Origin: an uncultured bacterium
Lineage (GTDB): Bacteria; Desulfobacterota_D; UBA1144
NCBI GenBank assembly: GCA_913050325.1
Contig: CAJWZP010000005.1
Coordinates: forward strand, 45,092 to 109,091
DNA: 64,000 bases
Direction: 5' to 3'
Under the pieces are notes generated by a model. It saw nothing but the letters and a program-made list of their open reading frames with translations, did no database searches and had not been told where the DNA came from. How positions within the stretch are numbered: the first letter of the stretch is position 1; every line of letters starts with the position of its first letter. This document shows, piece by piece, positions 58,603 to 64,000 of this stretch. The position numbers and the translations under genes were made by a program.

Positions 58603-59193
58603 ATGGAAAATAATGAAATTTATATCGAAGAAAGACTCCGAAATGAAAATTTAAAAATTTATATGGAAAATGACAATATAATTAATATTAAATTGTTGCA
58701 GGGTTCTTCATTTGGCTTTAAACATGATACGACAACTTTAGCTATCAAAGCTATAAAAAAAATAAATAATACAAAACATAATCTTGATTTTGCCTTGGAT
58801 TTTGGCTCAGGCTCTGGTGTTATAGCAATTTTTTTAAAAAAATTAGGTATTGATAAAGTTTTTTGTTGTGAAACAGATAAATTTGCAGTTAATGAATCAA
58901 AAAAAAATTTTTCTGTCAACAATGTTAATCCTATTCCAGACTTTATCGACAATCCTTTCGCTCAAGATCAAAAATATAATGTTGTTATAGCAAATATTTC
59001 AGGTCCATATATTAAAAATAACTTGCTTGAATTTTCAAAAATAATTAATAATAATGGTTTTTTAATTATTTCTGGTTTCAATTGTAATAAATTAGATAAT
59101 TATATTAGTACGGCAACAAATTTTTCATTTAAACATCATGAATCTTTCAAAAAATCACCCTGGGCAAGTGTAATTTTAGAAAAAATTTCATAG
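58603..59193 (+). CDS. PrmA-type class I SAM methyltransferase (short form)
   Basis: ALDFGSGSGVIAIFLKKLG, VIANISG, FLIISGF match the PrmA catalytic domain. The protein is only 196 aa, so the usual N-terminal L11-binding region appears reduced or absent. Confidence 0.65.
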   Translation: MENNEIYIEERLRNENLKIYMENDNIINIKLLQGSSFGFKHDTTTLAIKAIKKINNTKHNLDFALDFGSGSGVIAIFLKKLGIDKVFCCETDKFAVNESKKNFSVNNVNPIPDFIDNPFAQDQKYNVVIANISGPYIKNNLLEFSKIINNNGFLIISGFNCNKLDNYISTATNFSFKHHESFKKSPWASVILEKIS

Positions 59194-59325
59194 CTTGATA
59201 GGTTTATATTGTTGGTTAAAATACTATATATACTGACCATAGAGCATGGTTAAAAAGCTCCTCATAGCTCATGAGTTAAAAGAGCAAGTGAGGTGGAGTT
59301 TTAACTTAAACCCCTACATATAATT
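59194..59325 (+). promoter_or_regulatory. gltB 5' leader: largest non-coding gap in the window, with hairpins and a 25-codon uORF
   Basis: Hairpins ACCAT-agagc-ATGGT (59236..59250), CTCAT-agctc-ATGAG (59261..59275) and GTTAAAA-N17-TTTTAAC (59275..59305). uORF 59246..59323 (MVKKLLIAHELKEQVRWSFNLNPYI*) ends 2 nt before the gltB ATG. Confidence 0.3.
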
Positions 59326-62300
59326 ATGAAGAAAACTATGTATGAAAAAAGCTATGAACATGATGCCTGTGGTGTTGGTTTTGTAGCAAGTATAGATGGC
59401 TTAAGATCAAATAAAATTTTAAAAAAAGGTCTTGAAGCTGTTACGAATTTAACTCATAGGGGAGCTGTAGGTGGAGATAAAAAAACCGGAGATGGTGCTG
59501 GAGTCTTAACCCAACTTCCTTTGGAACTTTTTGATGAATTTTTATCTAAGGAAGATGTTAGTGAAATTAAAATTGGGAATTTTGGAGTTGGAATGTTTTT
59601 TCTTCCTTCAAAAGAAAACATGTCTCATAAAAAAAGTTTAAATCTGATTAAAAAAGTATTAAATGAAAACAATATTAAAATAATTTCAATTAGAGAAGTT
59701 CCTGTTGATGATTCGGCGTTAGGAGAGATAGCTCTAAAAGTAAAGCCTGAAATTTTCCAGTTCTTTGTTAAAGATGAAAATTTTATTAATCAGCAAGATT
59801 TTGAGAGAAAACTTTATACTTTAAAAAAGCTAATATCTGCAAAATCTATTTCAGAAAGAATTGATGATATTTATTGCTGTTCATTTTCATCAATGTCAAT
59901 TGTTTATAAAGGTATGCTACAAGCTCACCAGTTAGATCAATTTTTTATTGATTTAAGAAATCCTAATTATAAAACCGATAAAGTTATTTTTCATCAAAGA
60001 TATAGCACAAATACTTTTCCAGAATGGAAATTAGCTCAGCCTCTTAGATTTTTGGCACACAATGGTGAAATAAATACAATCCAAGGTAATTCTAAATGGA
60101 TGAAAGCAAGAGAAAATGAATGTAATTCTGAATTGTGGAGTTCTGACATTGAAAAAATAAAACCTTTTATATCTGAAGGTGGGAGTGATTCAGCTGATTT
60201 AGATAATGCACTGGAGTTAATTACATTGACGAATTCTGATCTTTTAAAGTCTGTCTCAATGCTGGTTCCAGAAGCATATGAAAAAGATGATAGCTTTTCT
60301 GAAGATTTAAGGAGTTTTTATGAACATTCATCTTGTTTCATGGAACCATGGGATGGACCTGCCGCTTTAGTATTTACTGATGGAAAAATTATTGGAGCTG
60401 CGCTTGATAGAAATGGTTTAAGACCTGTTAGATATCATGTAACTAAAGATAATATGATAGTTTTAGGTTCTGAATCTGGAATGGTAAATATTGATCCAAA
60501 AGATATCGTAAGATCTGGAAGAATTGCACCGGGTAAAATGCTGGCCGTTGATCCTGATAGGAAAATTCTTTTAAGTGATTCTGAAATTAAAAATGAAATT
60601 AGTAAAAAGTTTTCATACAAAGATTGGGTTGCTAACAATTTCCACTCAGTTTCAGAAGTCATTAATTCTGAGAAATATGAAATTATCGGTGAAAATATTG
60701 ATTCAGATAATTTAATTAAGCTACAAAAAGCTTTTGGTTTTTCGTTGGAAGATTTAGAGCGCTTAATCGAACCAATGAGCATCACTGGTAAAGAACCAAT
60801 AGGGTCTATGGGTGATGATACTCCAATTCCTGCTTTATCATCTAAACCTCAATCAATTTTCAATTATTTTAAACAGCAATTTGCTCAGGTAACAAATCCA
60901 CCTATTGATCCTTATAGAGAAGAAAGTGTAATGTCTCTAAGAGTCATACTTGGTAATAAAAATTTATTTTTTGAGTCTAAAAAAAGCAATAATAAATTTT
61001 ATTATTTAGACTCTCCTGTACTCACTAAGGGAGAAATTAGTTTTATTGAAAAATTTTCTGATAAAGATTTCAAAGTTTCTAAAATTGATACAACTTATTT
61101 TCTTTCAAAAAGAAATAGTTTAGAAAAATCTATTGAATTAATTACGCAGAAATCAATTGAAGCTGTTAAGAAAGGATCTAACATTATTATTTTATCTGAT
61201 AGAGAAGTCTCCTCTGAAAAGGCCGCCGTACCAGCTCAAATACTAGTATCAAATATTCACAATCGCTTGATTGATGAAGGTCTGAGGATGAGGGCATCTA
61301 TAATTGTTGAATCAGGAGAAGTTAAGGAAGATCATCATATTTGTTGTTTGTTGGGATACGGAGCTTCAGCTGTTTACCCTTACTTAGCCTTCGAAAGTGC
61401 ACGAGATTGGATGACTAAATATGAGGGTAAAATCGATGATTATTTAGCAAATTATAAACTTGGTTTAGAAAGAGGAATTTTAAAAGTTTTATCTAAAATG
61501 GGCATAAGTACAGTAGCAAGTTATACAGGTTCACAAATATTTGAAATTGTAGGTATTGATTCTAAAACTACTAAAACTTATTTCCCAGGAACGGTATCAA
61601 GAATAGAAGGTGTATCTTTAAAAAATATAGAAAAAGATTTAATGACCTTACATGCAAATGCTTATTCTGAAGATAGCGAAGATAAATTAAAAGAAGAAGG
61701 AATTTATAGATTTAGAAAGGATGGTGAATATCATTCTCTTAATCCGCCAATTTTTAAATCTTTGAGAAGGATGTCTAAAACAGCATCTTATGAGGATTAT
61801 AAAAAATTTAATGAGCTTCATGAAACTAGACCACCATCTTTGATAAGGGATCTTTTTGAGTTTAATTCAAAAAATAGCATTTCAATTGATGAAGTTGAGA
61901 GCGAAGAAGAAATTATGAAAAGATTTAGAACTGGAGCTATGTCTCATGGAGCTTTGAGCACTGAAACACATGAAATTATCGCTGTAGCAATGAATAGAAT
62001 TAAAGGTAAAAGTAATAGTGGTGAAGGTGGTGAAAATTCTGAAAGATTTAAACTTGATGATAATGGTGACTCGAGGAATAGCGTTATAAAGCAGGTTGCT
62101 TCAGGTAGATTTGGTGTTACTCCTGAATATTTAGCTTCGGCAGGACAAATTGAAATTAAAATGGCACAGGGTGCAAAACCAGGTGAAGGAGGACAAATTC
62201 CTGGCCCGAAAGTTACTGATGAAATTGCATCACAAAGAAATTCTGTACCGGGTGTTGGCCTAATTTCTCCTCCCCCACATCATGATATTTACAGTATAGA

Positions 62301-63825
62301 AGATTTAGCTCAACTTATTTATGATTTAAAACATGCCAATGTTAATGCAAAAGTTGGAGTAAAATTAGTTTCCGAAATTGGTGTAGGAACAATTGCCGCG
62401 GGAGTTGCAAAAGGATATTCTGATTATATTCAAATTAGTGGGTGTGAAGGTGGAACCGGGGCATCTCCATTGGGTTCTATTAAACACGCTGGAATCCCTT
62501 GGGAAATGGGTTTATCTGAGACACAACAAGTTTTAGTAATGAATGATTTAAGAGGGAAAGTAACTCTAACTGTAGATGGAGGGTTTCAAAGAGGTTTTGA
62601 TGTTGTTGTGGGTGCTATTTTAGGTGCGGAAGAATTTGGTTTTGGTACTTCGGTTTTAGTTGCTCTTGGATGTATTATGGCAAGACAATGTCACCTTAAT
62701 ACTTGTCCTGTAGGAATTGCATCACAAAAGCCAGAGTTAAGGAAAAAATTTCCAGGATTGGCCGAAGAAGCTGTTAACTTTCTATTCTCTGTTGCTCATG
62801 ATGTCAGAAATATTCTTGCCAGCATAGGCGTGAAGTCATTAGATGAAATTATAGGTAGGACAGAATTTCTAAAGCAAAAAACAAAACTTAACTTTAATAA
62901 AACCAAAAATATTGATTTAAGTAGGATTCTTGCAAATCCTGATCCAACAAATAAGAAGCCTAGAAAAAGAACTGTTGAGAGAAATAATAGAGATGAAGAC
63001 CCAATAGATTTTGAATTAATTAATTACTTTAGAAAAAGTATCGATGAGTTAATACCTAATAAAATTAATCTTACAATTTCTACCGTAGATAGGACTGTTG
63101 GAGCTATCTTGTCGGGTGCAATTGCTAAAAAATACGGTAATAAAGGTTTACCAGACAATACAATTGATATTTCCTTCAAAGGAATTGCTGGACAATCATT
63201 CGGTGGCTATTTAGTAAATGGGGTTAATCTTAGTTTAGAAGGAGAGGCAAATGATTATGTTGGAAAATCAATGAATGGTGGTCAAATATCAATCTTTCCA
63301 AATTCAGAGACAAGTTTTGAAATCGATGGAAATTCTATAATTGGAAATACTGTGCTATATGGAGCTACTGGTGGAAGGCTATTTGCTAGTGGTTCTGCAG
63401 GTGAAAGATTTTGTGTAAGAAATAGTGGGGCTCTAGCTGTAATAGAAGCTGTAGGAGACCATGCTTGTGAGTATATGACAGGTGGCGAAGTTTACATACT
63501 CGGACCTATCGGTAAAAATCTTGGTGCCGGAATGTCCGGTGGTATAGTTTATATTTATAATCAAAACAAAAACATAAATTCTCAGATTAACCCAGAGATG
63601 GTTTTTATAGATAAAATTAGTGATAAAGATAAAGATAAAATAAAAAATATTTTGATAAATCATAAAGATTTAACAAAGAGTAAAAAGGCGGAACATTTAT
63701 TAAATAATTTTGATAAAGAAATAAATTCCTTTATTAGAGTTATTCCTAAAGAAATTTATAAAATTTTAGAGTCACATGGAATAAAAATTGATGATTTTGA
63801 TTTTATGAGACCAAAATTAAATTAA
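59326..63825 (+). CDS. gltB: glutamate synthase large subunit
   Basis: 1499 aa. Ntn amidotransferase HDACGVGFVAS; FMN/Fe-S domain (...GEGGE..., CHLNTCPVGIASQ); C-terminal GXGXG repeat domain. No gltD is adjacent. Confidence 0.97.
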   Translation: MKKTMYEKSYEHDACGVGFVASIDGLRSNKILKKGLEAVTNLTHRGAVGGDKKTGDGAGVLTQLPLELFDEFLSKEDVSEIKIGNFGVGMFFLPSKENMSHKKSLNLIKKVLNENNIKIISIREVPVDDSALGEIALKVKPEIFQFFVKDENFINQQDFERKLYTLKKLISAKSISERIDDIYCCSFSSMSIVYKGMLQAHQLDQFFIDLRNPNYKTDKVIFHQRYSTNTFPEWKLAQPLRFLAHNGEINTIQGNSKWMKARENECNSELWSSDIEKIKPFISEGGSDSADLDNALELITLTNSDLLKSVSMLVPEAYEKDDSFSEDLRSFYEHSSCFMEPWDGPAALVFTDGKIIGAALDRNGLRPVRYHVTKDNMIVLGSESGMVNIDPKDIVRSGRIAPGKMLAVDPDRKILLSDSEIKNEISKKFSYKDWVANNFHSVSEVINSEKYEIIGENIDSDNLIKLQKAFGFSLEDLERLIEPMSITGKEPIGSMGDDTPIPALSSKPQSIFNYFKQQFAQVTNPPIDPYREESVMSLRVILGNKNLFFESKKSNNKFYYLDSPVLTKGEISFIEKFSDKDFKVSKIDTTYFLSKRNSLEKSIELITQKSIEAVKKGSNIIILSDREVSSEKAAVPAQILVSNIHNRLIDEGLRMRASIIVESGEVKEDHHICCLLGYGASAVYPYLAFESARDWMTKYEGKIDDYLANYKLGLERGILKVLSKMGISTVASYTGSQIFEIVGIDSKTTKTYFPGTVSRIEGVSLKNIEKDLMTLHANAYSEDSEDKLKEEGIYRFRKDGEYHSLNPPIFKSLRRMSKTASYEDYKKFNELHETRPPSLIRDLFEFNSKNSISIDEVESEEEIMKRFRTGAMSHGALSTETHEIIAVAMNRIKGKSNSGEGGENSERFKLDDNGDSRNSVIKQVASGRFGVTPEYLASAGQIEIKMAQGAKPGEGGQIPGPKVTDEIASQRNSVPGVGLISPPPHHDIYSIEDLAQLIYDLKHANVNAKVGVKLVSEIGVGTIAAGVAKGYSDYIQISGCEGGTGASPLGSIKHAGIPWEMGLSETQQVLVMNDLRGKVTLTVDGGFQRGFDVVVGAILGAEEFGFGTSVLVALGCIMARQCHLNTCPVGIASQKPELRKKFPGLAEEAVNFLFSVAHDVRNILASIGVKSLDEIIGRTEFLKQKTKLNFNKTKNIDLSRILANPDPTNKKPRKRTVERNNRDEDPIDFELINYFRKSIDELIPNKINLTISTVDRTVGAILSGAIAKKYGNKGLPDNTIDISFKGIAGQSFGGYLVNGVNLSLEGEANDYVGKSMNGGQISIFPNSETSFEIDGNSIIGNTVLYGATGGRLFASGSAGERFCVRNSGALAVIEAVGDHACEYMTGGEVYILGPIGKNLGAGMSGGIVYIYNQNKNINSQINPEMVFIDKISDKDKDKIKNILINHKDLTKSKKAEHLLNNFDKEINSFIRVIPKEIYKILESHGIKIDDFDFMRPKLN

Positions 63826-64000
63826 TTTTTACTAGTACTGAATACATTCAAATCAACATTTGTAACATTTTCATTTAATACTAACTGCTGACCTCTTTTT
63901 GCAATCATTGCTGCGTTATCTGTACAATACTGAATTGAAGGAATTATTACATTTTTTTTATTTTTAAAATATTCATTAGTTTTGAATCTTAATCTAGAAT
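63822..64000 (-). CDS. tsaD: tRNA N6-adenosine threonylcarbamoyltransferase TsaD, C-terminal fragment (N-terminus outside window)
   Basis: Hand translation of the reverse strand: ...VIIPSIQYCTDNAAMIAKRGQQLVLNENVTNVDLNVFSTSKN*. CTDNAAMIA is the TsaD/Kae1 C-terminal signature. Its stop overlaps the gltB stop by 4 nt. Confidence 0.75.
   Translation of the reverse strand, partial: SRLRFKTNEYFKNKKNVIIPSIQYCTDNAAMIAKRGQQLVLNENVTNVDLNVFSTSKN

Noticed and set aside
59194-59325. Known glutamine (glnA-type) riboswitch in the gltB leader
   Set aside because: I could not find the conserved core I recall for that class (…CGUUC…GGAAGUAGG…). The structure is reported only as an uncharacterised leader.
1-64000. 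CRISPR arrays, tandem repeats, IS elements, rRNA, tmRNA/RNase P/SRP RNA
   Set aside because: No regularly spaced direct repeats and no transposase-like ORFs. No non-coding gap is long enough (maximum 132 nt) to hold these RNAs apart from the gltB leader, which does not resemble them. This was a by-eye scan only, not a computational search.

Overview
Strongly AT-rich (by eye, not computed), extremely gene-dense bacterial chromosomal segment with about 70 protein genes and one tRNA. By my coordinates only ~1.4 kb of 64 kb lies outside a called gene, and the largest gap is 132 nt. The gene content fits a Gram-negative, proteobacterium-like, genome-streamlined organism; the resemblance to marine SAR11-type genomes is inference only. 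Called genes, in order: lnt, an HNH nuclease, rplU-rpmA, alaS, rpoH, tRNA-Asn, umuDC, bolA-grxD, polA and dacB. Then comes a long minus-strand string (sirC-like/efp/prs/rplY/pth/hppA/ychF/rpsF-rpsR-rplI/MBL hydrolase/ftsB/rsmA). It is followed by mreBCD-mrdA-rodA, birA, rluD-pgeF-orf-argG-queA, aroC, fldA, a class-V aminotransferase, prfB (programmed +1 frameshift), nadK, fmt, htrA, thiS-thiG, a ppiD-like gene, smc, secA, phhB, folK, hspQ, folD, thiD, a prmA-like gene, gltB and tsaD. I found no rRNA, CRISPR array, IS/transposase, integrase, prophage or recognisable defence or toxin-antitoxin module. I cannot honestly claim a clear novel system. The best candidates for undescribed biology are listed here. 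(1) A four-gene, translationally coupled minus-strand operon (8081-11694) of two flavoprotein oxidoreductases and two unassigned membrane proteins. It sits next to umuDC and is divergent from an NRAMP-like transporter that lacks the canonical metal-site motif. (2) A secreted protein built of four tandem beta-sandwich-like repeats directly upstream of mreB. (3) The 132-nt gltB leader, which has nested hairpins and a 25-codon uORF. (4) An EF-P with a non-canonical loop tip. Also notable: 9 of the 10 convergent gene junctions overlap at their 3' ends, leaving no room for terminators.
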